Positions 54,468 to 63,329 of a stretch of DNA of 64,000 nt are shown in pieces. Each line of letters starts with the position of its first letter. Position 1 is the stretch's first letter. Position numbers and translations under genes: made by a program. The notes beneath the pieces are model-generated. The model worked only from the letters and a program-made list of their open reading frames with translations. It did not search any database and was not told the DNA's origin. The stretch comes from a virus (Duplodnaviria; Caudoviricetes): IMG/VR virus record IMGVR_UViG_3300035673_000002, positions 8,831 through 72,830 of that record. One strand, written 5' to 3'.

Positions 54468-56189
54468 ATGGCGACTGCTGAACTCAAAAAGGCGACGGTG
54501 ACGATGCTGCCGCTGCTCGAATTGAAGTCGGGCGGCAAGGGCTTGAACTCGCGCAAGCGCAAGAGCGACGTTGCCAGCCTGGCGCGTTCGATCGGCGCTC
54601 ACGGATTGCTGGTCCCACTCCTGGTGCGGCGGAGCCTGGACGCCGGCTATTCCGTCATCGATGGGAATCGACGCTACGAGGCGCTGCGCTTCCTGCACAA
54701 GACCGATCACGCGAAGGTCGAGGTGCCGTGCCTAGTCGACGCCGGCGACGGAAGCGCGCTCGAGCTTTCCATGGTCACCAACGTCGAGCGCGAAGGCCTG
54801 CATCCCGTTGATCGGTTCGAGGTCTATGTCGCGCTTGTGAACGGCGGCGAGACAGTCGACGCGATCGCGGCGCGCTACGGCCTTAAGATCACCCAGGTCC
54901 GGCAGGCGCTTGCGCTGGGCCGGCTGGCTCCGGAGGTTCGCGACGCCTGGCGCGAGGGTAAGATCAGCGCCGAGGCGGCCGAGGCCTTCGCGCTCACGTC
55001 CGATCTCAAAGCGCAGGCGGCCGCGCTGAAAAAGTGCGGCCGACATGTCGATGCCTGGCAGATCAAGCGCACGCTGAGCGTCGATCGGGATGATCTTCCG
55101 GACGTCGGCGCGCTGTTGAAATACGTGGGGCGGGATGCCTACCAGAAGGCCGGGCATCATCTGAACGAGACCCTGTTTTCCCGCGGCGGCCGGTTCGATG
55201 ACGATGATGATGAGAGCGGCCGCGAGGTCGTGTCCGATCTGCCGGCGCTCATGCATCTTGCCAACAACAAACTCTCGGAGGAGTGCGATCGCCTCACGGG
55301 GCTCGGTTGGAAATGGGCAGTCACGAAGCGCGATGCCCCGAAGGATATCCGCGCCTGGAAGCGGATTGAGCGGCCGGCCTATGCGAAGGATGCCATGGCC
55401 ACGATGGGGTGCGTGGTCGGTTTGAACTACAACGGGGCGCTTGAGATCGAGCGTGGCATCGTGAAGCCCGGCGATGCGGTGAAGATTGCTAAGGCGAAGC
55501 CCACGCCGGTGGATGCCAAGGCCAAAAAGAAGGCCGCCAAAGCGCGCGAGGAAAAGCTCGAGGAGACCGGCGGTCTGTCGAACGCGCTTGCGTCTCGGCT
55601 GTCTCATCAGCTCACGGCCGCGGTGCGCGAGGCCTTCGCCTCGAGCGTCGGGGCGGATGATCTGCTGTGCCTCACGATCGGGGCTCTGGCGTGCGCCGAG
55701 GCTCCGCTGCAGCTGGCGCTCCGCCCGGAAGCCCGGGCGAGCTTCGGGGAGGCCGAAGGCGAGGACCGCTACGACAATGATTTTTCGAAATACGTTGCGC
55801 TCGCGCGCGGCAAGAAACCGGCGGAGCGATTCCGCCTGCTGGCGACCTGGATGGCTCGCTCGATCGACTTGTCGCAGCACAATGCCGGCCACTTCATGGA
55901 CCAGCTGCGGCCGCCTGCCGCGAAGGAGAAGATGCCCGGCGGCCGGGTCCTGGTGCAGGCGATTCCTGCGGCCGCGATGAAGACTGCGCTGCTCAAGCAC
56001 TTCGATGCCAAGGACTACTTCTCGAGCATCCCGAAGGCGCTGGTGGTCGAGGCGGTGCGCGAAGCACTCGGCGCCTCGGTAGCGGCCGAGGTCGCCAAAA
56101 TGAAGACGGGCGAGGCGCAGGCGTTCGCGCTCGGGCGCGTCCCCAAGACCGGGTGGGTTCCGCCGGCGATGCGCATCGGGAAGGCCTGA
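54468..56189 (+). CDS. parB: ParB/RepB/Spo0J-family protein (long plasmid-type)
   Basis: LA.SI...GLL.PL.V, IDGNRR, N..REGLHP.D, HTH IA.RYG....V...L.L..L. Confidence 0.8.
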   Translation: MATAELKKATVTMLPLLELKSGGKGLNSRKRKSDVASLARSIGAHGLLVPLLVRRSLDAGYSVIDGNRRYEALRFLHKTDHAKVEVPCLVDAGDGSALELSMVTNVEREGLHPVDRFEVYVALVNGGETVDAIAARYGLKITQVRQALALGRLAPEVRDAWREGKISAEAAEAFALTSDLKAQAAALKKCGRHVDAWQIKRTLSVDRDDLPDVGALLKYVGRDAYQKAGHHLNETLFSRGGRFDDDDDESGREVVSDLPALMHLANNKLSEECDRLTGLGWKWAVTKRDAPKDIRAWKRIERPAYAKDAMATMGCVVGLNYNGALEIERGIVKPGDAVKIAKAKPTPVDAKAKKKAAKAREEKLEETGGLSNALASRLSHQLTAAVREAFASSVGADDLLCLTIGALACAEAPLQLALRPEARASFGEAEGEDRYDNDFSKYVALARGKKPAERFRLLATWMARSIDLSQHNAGHFMDQLRPPAAKEKMPGGRVLVQAIPAAAMKTALLKHFDAKDYFSSIPKALVVEAVREALGASVAAEVAKMKTGEAQAFALGRVPKTGWVPPAMRIGKA

Positions 56190-56507
56190 GTGGTGAAATT
56201 CGGAAAGTCTACCGGCCTCATGTTCGGCGCGGCCGAGAAGCTCGCGGAGATGCAGTTGCAACTCGCGGCGGAGGCGCGTCCCGAGCGCGCCTCGGTTCTG
56301 CGCGCGATCGCTCGGGACTACGACGATGTCGACTACGATGCGCTCAAGCTCGCCGAGGTCGAGCGCATGATCGTGATGTGCAAGCATCACTTCCGAAAGC
56401 AGATCGGCGCCGGCCGGCTCACGCTCGAGGAGGCAAACCGTCGCCTCGACGTCCTGCGCGCGATGGCGCGCGATTATCGAAGCTGGAAAAATGGAGGCGT
56501 GTCTTGA
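56190..56507 (+). CDS. Helical protein, C-half paralogous to 54041..54223
   Basis: I..G..T.EEA...L..L.A...DY. Confidence 0.5.
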   Translation: MVKFGKSTGLMFGAAEKLAEMQLQLAAEARPERASVLRAIARDYDDVDYDALKLAEVERMIVMCKHHFRKQIGAGRLTLEEANRRLDVLRAMARDYRSWKNGGVS

Positions 56508-56749
56508 AGGCAACCATCGTCAGTACCGATCGCATCGTCGATTCCGTGCCGGCTCCTGGCGGTCCGCGCTCAGTGCCGGCGCGGGTGTGGGAGGGCGTCA
56601 CGGAAGGCGGCGTTAAATTCATCGCCTACATCACCGCGGTGCAGGTTGCCAAGGGCGAGTCCAACCTGGTGTTCGAGCGAGAGCTTACGGAGCACAAGCG
56701 CCCGACTCCGTTCACCGAGCGCGCGATCGACATGCGGCACATTCTCTAA
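56504..56749 (+). CDS. Small hypothetical protein
   Basis: TTG start after GGAGG; ARVWEG.T..G and FEREL motifs. Confidence 0.55.
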   Translation: MKATIVSTDRIVDSVPAPGGPRSVPARVWEGVTEGGVKFIAYITAVQVAKGESNLVFERELTEHKRPTPFTERAIDMRHIL

Positions 56750-56791
56750 GCCCGAGCGGGGCCTTCCGCTCTCAAACCGGAGACGATTCGA

Positions 56792-57385
56792 ATGTCTGAA
56801 GATGAAAACGGCCGCGACCGTGCGGAGAGTCTGGTGGCTCGTCTCGCTCGGCTTACACGCGGTGGGGGGGGCGTTCCTGTAGCGCGGGAGACGCAGCCGA
56901 GGCCTCGGGCGCATCCCAGGCCTGTGCGTCTTTCCGAAATCGGCGAGCGGACGGCGGCCGCGACGATCCACCTGGCGGAGCAGACCGCCTCCTATATCGA
57001 GGCCTGCGCCGATGATTTGTTCGAGACCGCGCGCCGCAAGCATGCGGAAAGCTACGCTCGAGCTCGTGCGACGCGCGAGCAGGCGCAGACGGAAGCTGCG
57101 CACCAGGTCGAATATGCGCGCCGTCTATACGAGGCTGGCATCGCCGAGGATGCCGCTCGTGAGCGTTTCTACGCTGCGCTCCCGGTACCAGAGCAACCGC
57201 GCATCGATGAGGTGGCGATTGCCGGCGAGACGGAGCCCGAGTTCCGGGAGGGCGCCCGGGCTGAAGAGGCGCAGCGCCAGGCGATGCGCGAGGATCCGGA
57301 ATTCCGCGAGGTGGGCGTGCCGGCGTCGGAGACGGCGCCGCCCGGCCCGTACATGCGCTCGCCCGTGGGAGGCTCCGTTGGCTGA
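56792..57385 (+). CDS. Hypothetical protein with coiled coil
   Basis: Hairpin + TCAAACC + GGAG leader. Confidence 0.55.
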   Translation: MSEDENGRDRAESLVARLARLTRGGGGVPVARETQPRPRAHPRPVRLSEIGERTAAATIHLAEQTASYIEACADDLFETARRKHAESYARARATREQAQTEAAHQVEYARRLYEAGIAEDAARERFYAALPVPEQPRIDEVAIAGETEPEFREGARAEEAQRQAMREDPEFREVGVPASETAPPGPYMRSPVGGSVG

Positions 57386-57653
57386 CAAGGATCGCCGCAT
57401 CTTATTGGCCACGCTCCTGGTGTCGCTCGCGGCGAACATTGCGCTTTGCCTCGTGGCTGCGGAGATCGATTTGGAGGCACAGGCCTGGCGCGATCGCGCT
57501 GCCGTTGCCGGCGCGTCTTCTCGATCGTGGGAGGAGACCGCGCTTGCCGCCGAGCTTCGGATGATGGCCTCGCGCGAGGAAACGGCAATCGCGCGCAATC
57601 ACTTCCTGATCTGCAATTCGATGTTGCCGGCCGCGCAGCGCATGCTGCGTTGA
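57378..57653 (+). CDS. Membrane-anchored small protein
   Basis: TTG after GGGAGG; ILLATLLVSLAANIALCLVAA. Confidence 0.45.
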   Translation: MADKDRRILLATLLVSLAANIALCLVAAEIDLEAQAWRDRAAVAGASSRSWEETALAAELRMMASREETAIARNHFLICNSMLPAAQRMLR

Positions 57654-57804
57654 CGTGTCGGAAGGGAACAGCATGGCTTGGCAACCCCCGCCTTCGATTG
57701 AAGCGCATCTGCTTGTGTGGGGCGTCATTGCGACGATCGCGCTTACGCCGTTCATTGCTGTAGCTGCGCTGATTGTAGCGCTGTGCCGATGATGAATGCA
57801 GACG

Positions 57805-58362
57805 TCATCGGACCAGCCGAAGCCGGACCTTCGTGGTGATCAATATGCGCGGGCTGGGGCGCATCTCGTCGAGCCAGCTGCAGCGGTAGCGCACCGAGGA
57901 GAACGCCAGCAGGATCTCGTAATCGTGGCCGGGCAGCACTTCCAGATTGGCTGGCACCCATGCCTGGTATCCTGACGGCCGCGGCGTCGGTGCGCCTGTC
58001 GCCTGGTTGATCGGGTCCGCATCGAAAATCTGCGAGACGAAGAGCGGCCTGCCGTCCTGGCCGAGCGCCTGGAATTCGCGATGGTCGCTCTCGCGCTCGA
58101 GCAGGCGGCTGATATCAAGACGGCACGATTGCCAGCGCTCGACGTCGTAAGCGAGACGGTACGAGCTCCCCGTCTTGACGATATCGTCTCCGATGATGCG
58201 GACGTTTCCGAATGTCGTGGGCGGGTAGGAAGCGTCGTAGAACAGCTGCCATGCGAAGCCGCCGGCGACGCCGAAGATGATGGCGATCGCAAACCAGGAC
58301 AGCGCATAGGTCAGACGGTCAAGGGTGCGCAGCCTCCGGTACGGTTGTTGTTGTAGGGCCAT
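57805..58362 (-). CDS. Membrane-anchored periplasmic protein of the lysis region
   Basis: TM LSWFAIAIIFGVAGGFAW; two Cys; AAGGAG RBS. Confidence 0.6.
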   Translation of the reverse strand: MALQQQPYRRLRTLDRLTYALSWFAIAIIFGVAGGFAWQLFYDASYPPTTFGNVRIIGDDIVKTGSSYRLAYDVERWQSCRLDISRLLERESDHREFQALGQDGRPLFVSQIFDADPINQATGAPTPRPSGYQAWVPANLEVLPGHDYEILLAFSSVRYRCSWLDEMRPSPRILITTKVRLRLVR

Positions 58363-58657
58363 ATCGGTTCGGCTCTCCTTTGGCCTGGAGCCCGATCTTC
58401 GTCAGGACGGCGCCGCCGACCGCGATGCAAACGAGCGTGATGAGCGCATAGACGAAGTTCCGGACCGGCGCGAATTCGGTTCGCAGAACGTATTTTTTGT
58501 CCTGGCCTTCAAGCGTTCTCTCGATGCGCTGGACCGCGTTGATGAGGTAGCGCCGATAGCTCGACCACTCCTGCGAAGCCGTCGCGGCGACTTCGTCGTC
58601 GATCAAATCTTCAACTCGACGCCTCTCGTCCTCTGCGTCGTCCTTTCGCCCCGCCAT
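58319..58657 (-). CDS. Holin-like single-TM protein
   Basis: YV...EF.PVR.FVYALITLVCIAVGG. Confidence 0.5.
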   Translation of the reverse strand: MAGRKDDAEDERRRVEDLIDDEVAATASQEWSSYRRYLINAVQRIERTLEGQDKKYVLRTEFAPVRNFVYALITLVCIAVGGAVLTKIGLQAKGEPNRYGPTTTTVPEAAHP

Positions 58658-58779
58658 CTTGGTGGCCCTTCTACCGCGTCTGCCGGCTCGCCGGTGTGAG
58701 TTGGTTCACTCACCAGACGCTGTTCTGCCCCCGGTTCGGTACCGCCGCCGGAGAGAGGGTCCAGTTGCGGCTATCGTGG

Positions 58780-59085
58780 TCAGCGGCCTCCGAGCATGGG
58801 GAGGTAGGGCTTAAGCTTCGCAAGGCCGGCCAGGAGGAGCGCTTTGGTCTTGGGCCCGAGCCAGCCGTCGACAACCAGCGGGGGATTCGGCGTCATCGCC
58901 TCGTTGAGGAAGATCTGCAGCTGCTTGATCTCATCGATCGGTCCCGTCGCGGTTGGCGGCGCCGGAGCCTGACCTGGCGTTGTTGTTGCACCTGGTGCGG
59001 CGGTCGGTGCCGTCGTGACGTGCAGCGAATCGATGCCGGCGTTGATGAGAACCGGGAGGAGCTTCTCGAGGAAGGTTTGCCACAT
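58780..59085 (-). CDS. Stand-alone peptidoglycan-binding-domain protein
   Basis: IKQLQ.FLN....LVVDG.LGP.T (PG_binding_1-like); AAAGGA RBS. Confidence 0.65.
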   Translation of the reverse strand: MWQTFLEKLLPVLINAGIDSLHVTTAPTAAPGATTTPGQAPAPPTATGPIDEIKQLQIFLNEAMTPNPPLVVDGWLGPKTKALLLAGLAKLKPYLPMLGGR

Positions 59086-59120
59086 GGGGGCGTGTGTCCT
59101 TTTTTGGCGTGTCGGAACTT

Positions 59121-59693
59121 TTAGGAGGTCTTGGGCGCCGCGGTGACCACGGCCGCGACGGGAGGCTTGCCCTCGGGCGGCGTGATCTCGGGAGCCGTCG
59201 GCGCCGCCGGGTCGACCAGCGCCGTCTCGATCCTGGCCTGGATAGTCTCGATCGCAGCCTTGCTGTACGGGTCGAGGCCGAGCGCCTTGATCACGTCTTT
59301 GCCGTGATCCTGGGCATAGCGCACAGCGAAGGCCGCAGCATCGTTCTTGATCTCGATCATGCCGGCTCCCGGGAGCTTTTCCTTGGCGGCCGCGGCACCG
59401 GCGTTGAGGCCGTTGACGATCAGGGCCTGCAGCTGCGCCTTCCTGGCGTCGGTGGTTTCGATACCGGCCTTCTGCATCAGCCTGCCGATGTAGCCGGTCA
59501 GTACGATGCCGATCGTAGTTGCGAAGAAGCCGACGATGTATTGGATGAAATCGTTGGCGATCCTCCCGGTGTCGATCACGACCGCCGTTCCCGGGGCTGC
59601 GACGACGGCTTCGGTGGCGGCTTGCTGTGCGACCGCGGGGAGCGTGACGGCGATCGAGAGGATGGCGGCGGCGAGCATGATCCTTCGCAGCAT
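59121..59693 (-). CDS. Holin-like (LL-H type) protein with N-terminal signal peptide
   Basis: LRRIMLAAAILSIAVTLPAVA|QQ, internal TM, LQALI.NGLNAG...AV.YA. Confidence 0.5.
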   Translation of the reverse strand: MLRRIMLAAAILSIAVTLPAVAQQAATEAVVAAPGTAVVIDTGRIANDFIQYIVGFFATTIGIVLTGYIGRLMQKAGIETTDARKAQLQALIVNGLNAGAAAAKEKLPGAGMIEIKNDAAAFAVRYAQDHGKDVIKALGLDPYSKAAIETIQARIETALVDPAAPTAPEITPPEGKPPVAAVVTAAPKTS

Positions 59694-59738
59694 GGGGTGC
59701 CTCCTGGCTGGCTGGCTGGGAACCGGTGTAGCCGGTTT

Positions 59739-60785
59739 TTACACGAATTCCCAATAATCAAGTTTGATGGTGCGTTGCTCGCGGGGTCCGGGGGCCCGCA
59801 GTGCGTCCATTGTCGCCGGGGTGAGATCGATGCCCGCCTGGTTTCCATGGCGCAGGCGCTCGGCGCGCGGGCGCTGGGCCGTCTTCCAGTAGGGATCGTC
59901 GGTGTACCAGGGGCCCTTGTCGACGATGGGGGCAATCACGGCCTTGCCCTGCCAGACCAGGCGCACCAATGGGCGAGCTCCCGGGAAGGCCGCGGGCAGC
60001 GATACCCCGAGCGCGTTGTCGTCCACCCACCCGCCGTAGGCGCTGCGCTGGTGCTCGCTCGGGCCGCCGAATTCGGTGGCGATGATCAGCTTCATGGACG
60101 GCGTTGTCGGTTGCGGCGCCGGATCGATTGCCGGCGGCGGCGTTGCCGGCTCGTGCGTGACATCGTTCGCCCACTCCGCGCGCAGCTGCTCGTCACTCGC
60201 TTCGTAGGAGCTTATGTCGAGGCCGCCGTCGATCGAGATGCCGGGGACGCTATGCGGCTTGGGCCCGATGCCGTCGCCGGTGAACTGCCACAGCCATGGC
60301 GCCTTCCATGATCGCTGCACCGTCCACTTCGATGCGTACTGTGCCAGCCAGAGCCGTCGCTCTGACCAGAACGGGACGAAGCGATCGCCGAGCTTTTCCT
60401 TGATCGTGTTGCCGCTGTAGAGCACGACCTTGCGGCCGATCTTGCTCTCGACGTGCAGGATGAATTCCTGGCACTCGAGCGGCTCGACATTGCCGACTTC
60501 GTAATCGAGCGAGATCAGCGTGCTGTCGGTGGGCCTGGCGCATCGAAGGAAAAAATCGGCCTGCGCTTCCATGTTGGAGCTCGGCCGGATGAAATGGTAC
60601 GCGCCATTGAGCAATCCTGCCGCGAGGATCTTCGGCACGCGATCGGCATAGCGATCGTCCACGCGCGCGGTGCCTTCGCTCGACTTCTGGATCACGCCCA
60701 CGATGCCGGCTCTCCGGACGGCCTGGAAGCCGTCGCCAACCACGGCGTCGTAATGCGAGACGTCGATGACCTTCGGATTGATCAT
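59739..60785 (-). CDS. Endolysin: GH25 muramidase + Pro linker + RlpA-like double-psi barrel
   Basis: VIDVSHY, GAYHF, LDYE, LWLAQY, WQFT, D.S.Y; C-domain IVDKGPW and GIDLTPA. Confidence 0.82.
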   Translation of the reverse strand: MINPKVIDVSHYDAVVGDGFQAVRRAGIVGVIQKSSEGTARVDDRYADRVPKILAAGLLNGAYHFIRPSSNMEAQADFFLRCARPTDSTLISLDYEVGNVEPLECQEFILHVESKIGRKVVLYSGNTIKEKLGDRFVPFWSERRLWLAQYASKWTVQRSWKAPWLWQFTGDGIGPKPHSVPGISIDGGLDISSYEASDEQLRAEWANDVTHEPATPPPAIDPAPQPTTPSMKLIIATEFGGPSEHQRSAYGGWVDDNALGVSLPAAFPGARPLVRLVWQGKAVIAPIVDKGPWYTDDPYWKTAQRPRAERLRHGNQAGIDLTPATMDALRAPGPREQRTIKLDYWEFV

Positions 60786-60798
60786 TGCTGTTTCCCTC

Positions 60799-61395
60799 TT
60801 ACGGCAGCGTCGGGTTCGGGTTCGGCGCGAGCCAGCGAAAGCCGATGAAAATCCAATCCATCGTTTGCGAAGAGCCGAGCTTGCATCCGAGCAGATCGCC
60901 GGCGTCGCGGTCCAGCAGGATCGGCGGGTCTATCTTGTGATCGTCGCGGATGGACGCGCCGGAATAGAGTTGGCTGAAAAGCTGGATCACATTGACAAAG
61001 TTCGATCCTATCTCCCGGCCATTGGGCGTCCCGGTGTGAAAGAACGCCCCGCCGGGATCAACCCAGCACGAGAGCTCGTTGGAGCCGACCGCTGCTGACG
61101 ATCCGTACGCAACGAGGATGCGACTGAGGTACGCCTTGCGCGGGAAGGTCGCCGGAAGATGCATCGCGCGCTGCTGCAAGCCTGGTGCCGGCGTGAACGG
61201 GATTGTCGCCGGATCCTGGTCGCCGATCCATTGCCAGGCGCCTGCGGGGTAAGCAGCATAAGCGCCCGTCTCCTGATCCTGACCCCAGACGCGCGGGATC
61301 CAGTAGTACTGCTGCTGGACGTATAGCACCTGCGCGATCGCACAGGCCGCTGAGATTAAAAGCGCGGTGATTGCAACACTGATTATTTTCGTCAT
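60799..61395 (-). CDS. Signal-peptide-bearing beta-sandwich protein
   Basis: TKIISVAITALLISAACAIA|QV; ATGA coupling to the fibre gene. Confidence 0.6.
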   Translation of the reverse strand: MTKIISVAITALLISAACAIAQVLYVQQQYYWIPRVWGQDQETGAYAAYPAGAWQWIGDQDPATIPFTPAPGLQQRAMHLPATFPRKAYLSRILVAYGSSAAVGSNELSCWVDPGGAFFHTGTPNGREIGSNFVNVIQLFSQLYSGASIRDDHKIDPPILLDRDAGDLLGCKLGSSQTMDWIFIGFRWLAPNPNPTLP

Positions 61396-63308
61396 GCCAC
61401 GGCATCCATGAACATCGGGGTGTTGTCGTTCGCTGCGGGATCGAGGTCGCGTCGGAGTAGCCAAGTGCCATAGTGCTCGATGATGAAGAGCCGGCCACCG
61501 CCGCCAGTGCCTCCAGCGAATGATGCTCCAGCTGTACCCGCTGTTCCGGCCGCTCCCGCCACGTAGGTGAAGGTTTGGCTAGGGCTCGGGTTGAGGATGA
61601 TGAAGTAGCACGTTGCACCTGCGCCGCCGCCCGGACCAGTTGAAGCTGCGCCACCGACTCCGCCACCCTGGCCACCGCTGCCGGAGTTTGCCGCTGCGGC
61701 GGACCCAGCAGCGTTGAACGTCTTGCCGCCAGCGCCACCGAGAGACGACGCGCCTCCCATCGCGCCACCCGCGCTCGCGCTCGACGTCTGGCTGGAACCA
61801 CCTTCGCCACCGGCCACCGACCAGTTGCAGGCGGTGCTGCCGGATATGGCACCGCCACTACCACCGGCACCTGTCGTCCAGTTGCCTCCCGTGCCGCCGT
61901 TGGCGTTGTAGACAGGCGTCGTGCACGCTGCGCCTGACGTGTTCCAGCACGAATCTCCACCGGTCCCGCCTGCGCCCGGGGCTGCTCCACTTCCGCTGCC
62001 ACCACCACCACCACCGACGATCCATCCTTCTAGCCAGAGGACGTTGGCGGGTGTCGTGTACGTGCCGCTGGCGTTGGCGGCGAAGCCTCCTGAGTGGCTG
62101 GTCAGTGTGACAAGGCTTGTGGTCGGACCCGTACGCCGAGCGGGGGTAAGCCCAATCGCACCCAACGCGATTTCGATCCCGTTGCCAGGAGCCGTGCAGC
62201 TCGGGACACCAGCGGCGCTCGTCACATAGGCGCAGTTGTTGCCTTTCGTCACCTCGCCGAGCACGCCACCGTTATCGTAGAGCAGTTGGTTGGTCACGCC
62301 GCTGGTGATGGTCGTAGTCCCCACTACGACCGAGGTCGCTGCCGTCGTGACCGTGCACGAGCCGCCGAGCGGGCAACTTGTCGCGTTGATCGTGGTCGCG
62401 GCCTGGGTGCCGGCGATGTAGAGCGGGCCGGTGACGTTGAGCGTGCCCGCGCCCTTGTCGCCTCCGGTTACGCCTGGCGGCATCGTCACGCCGCCGCTCT
62501 GTTCCCATCGCATCGTTGCGGCTAACGTGGTCCCACCGTTCGCGGTGGTTCCGACTTCGCAGTACGTGCCTTGCTTGGGCAGCGATGTCCACGTCTCCGC
62601 AGCGAAGCACCGATAGGTGCCGCTCGGACCGACATAGGCTGCGCCGTTGTAGCCGTAGGAATTATAACCGCCGATCTGCGTATTCGCGGTCAGCGCCGTC
62701 GGGACCGCGGCCGTGCCTCCAGCGGCTATGCTTGTGAAGAATGCTTGTGCGCCGAACGCGCTGACTTCGATGCGCGCTGGCGTGGCGTTCGCGCCGCCGA
62801 CGCGCAACCCGGTCCCGGTCTGCGCCGCCGGCAAAGCTGCGGCATTGAACCTGACGGTCTGCGCTGCAGTGAAAGTGTTCGCGATCGAGAAATCGAACGC
62901 GTAGGTCACGACGCCGGCCGGGAAGGTTACGGCGATAGGCGACGTCGCGGCGAAGCTGGAACCACCGCCACCGGTGAGCGGGCCGACGTTGACCCCATTG
63001 ATGCGGACGAAAAGGCCGGTCGTTGTCGTCCACACATCGCCATCGATTGGCGTGGTGGGGGCGGCGCCGGATGGGATGCTGAAGCCAGCCGATGTCGCTG
63101 ACGATCTCACCGTGACCAGCGGTCCGGTCATTACTCCGCCGGCGGAATTGAGCGGGGTGAAGCCCAGCACATCCTGCTTGGCAGCAAAATATCCGTTCCA
63201 CTGTCCTGCGGTTGGGATCTGCCCCCTGATGAGGTTCGGGCTCGACTGCGCCAACGCGGAAACGGCCGACGCGGCGAGCGCGACGACGGCGGCGAAGAAA
63301 TGCCTCAT
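61392..63308 (-). CDS. Tail-fibre-like protein with signal peptide, Gly-rich C-domain and ANDN C-terminal motif
   Basis: RHFFAAVVALAASAVSALA|QSSP; LGFTPLN.AG..MTG.L; WIVGGGGGG Gly-rich fibre domain; GGGAGA RBS. Confidence 0.75.
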   Translation of the reverse strand: MRHFFAAVVALAASAVSALAQSSPNLIRGQIPTAGQWNGYFAAKQDVLGFTPLNSAGGVMTGPLVTVRSSATSAGFSIPSGAAPTTPIDGDVWTTTTGLFVRINGVNVGPLTGGGGSSFAATSPIAVTFPAGVVTYAFDFSIANTFTAAQTVRFNAAALPAAQTGTGLRVGGANATPARIEVSAFGAQAFFTSIAAGGTAAVPTALTANTQIGGYNSYGYNGAAYVGPSGTYRCFAAETWTSLPKQGTYCEVGTTANGGTTLAATMRWEQSGGVTMPPGVTGGDKGAGTLNVTGPLYIAGTQAATTINATSCPLGGSCTVTTAATSVVVGTTTITSGVTNQLLYDNGGVLGEVTKGNNCAYVTSAAGVPSCTAPGNGIEIALGAIGLTPARRTGPTTSLVTLTSHSGGFAANASGTYTTPANVLWLEGWIVGGGGGGSGSGAAPGAGGTGGDSCWNTSGAACTTPVYNANGGTGGNWTTGAGGSGGAISGSTACNWSVAGGEGGSSQTSSASAGGAMGGASSLGGAGGKTFNAAGSAAAANSGSGGQGGGVGGAASTGPGGGAGATCYFIILNPSPSQTFTYVAGAAGTAGTAGASFAGGTGGGGRLFIIEHYGTWLLRRDLDPAANDNTPMFMDAVA

Positions 63309-63329
63309 GTTCGTCTCCCTGATCACTTG

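Noticed and set aside
61330-61395. ISAAC in 60799..61395 as a spanin lipobox
   Set aside because: The -3 residue is Ser, a good AIA|Q SPase I site follows, and the mature protein is a beta-sandwich unlike Rz1; lipidation is not fully excluded.
61392-61463. Duplicated fibre C-termini as a DGR template/variable repeat pair
   Set aside because: No reverse transcriptase in the window; differences are not adenine-specific and are mostly synonymous.
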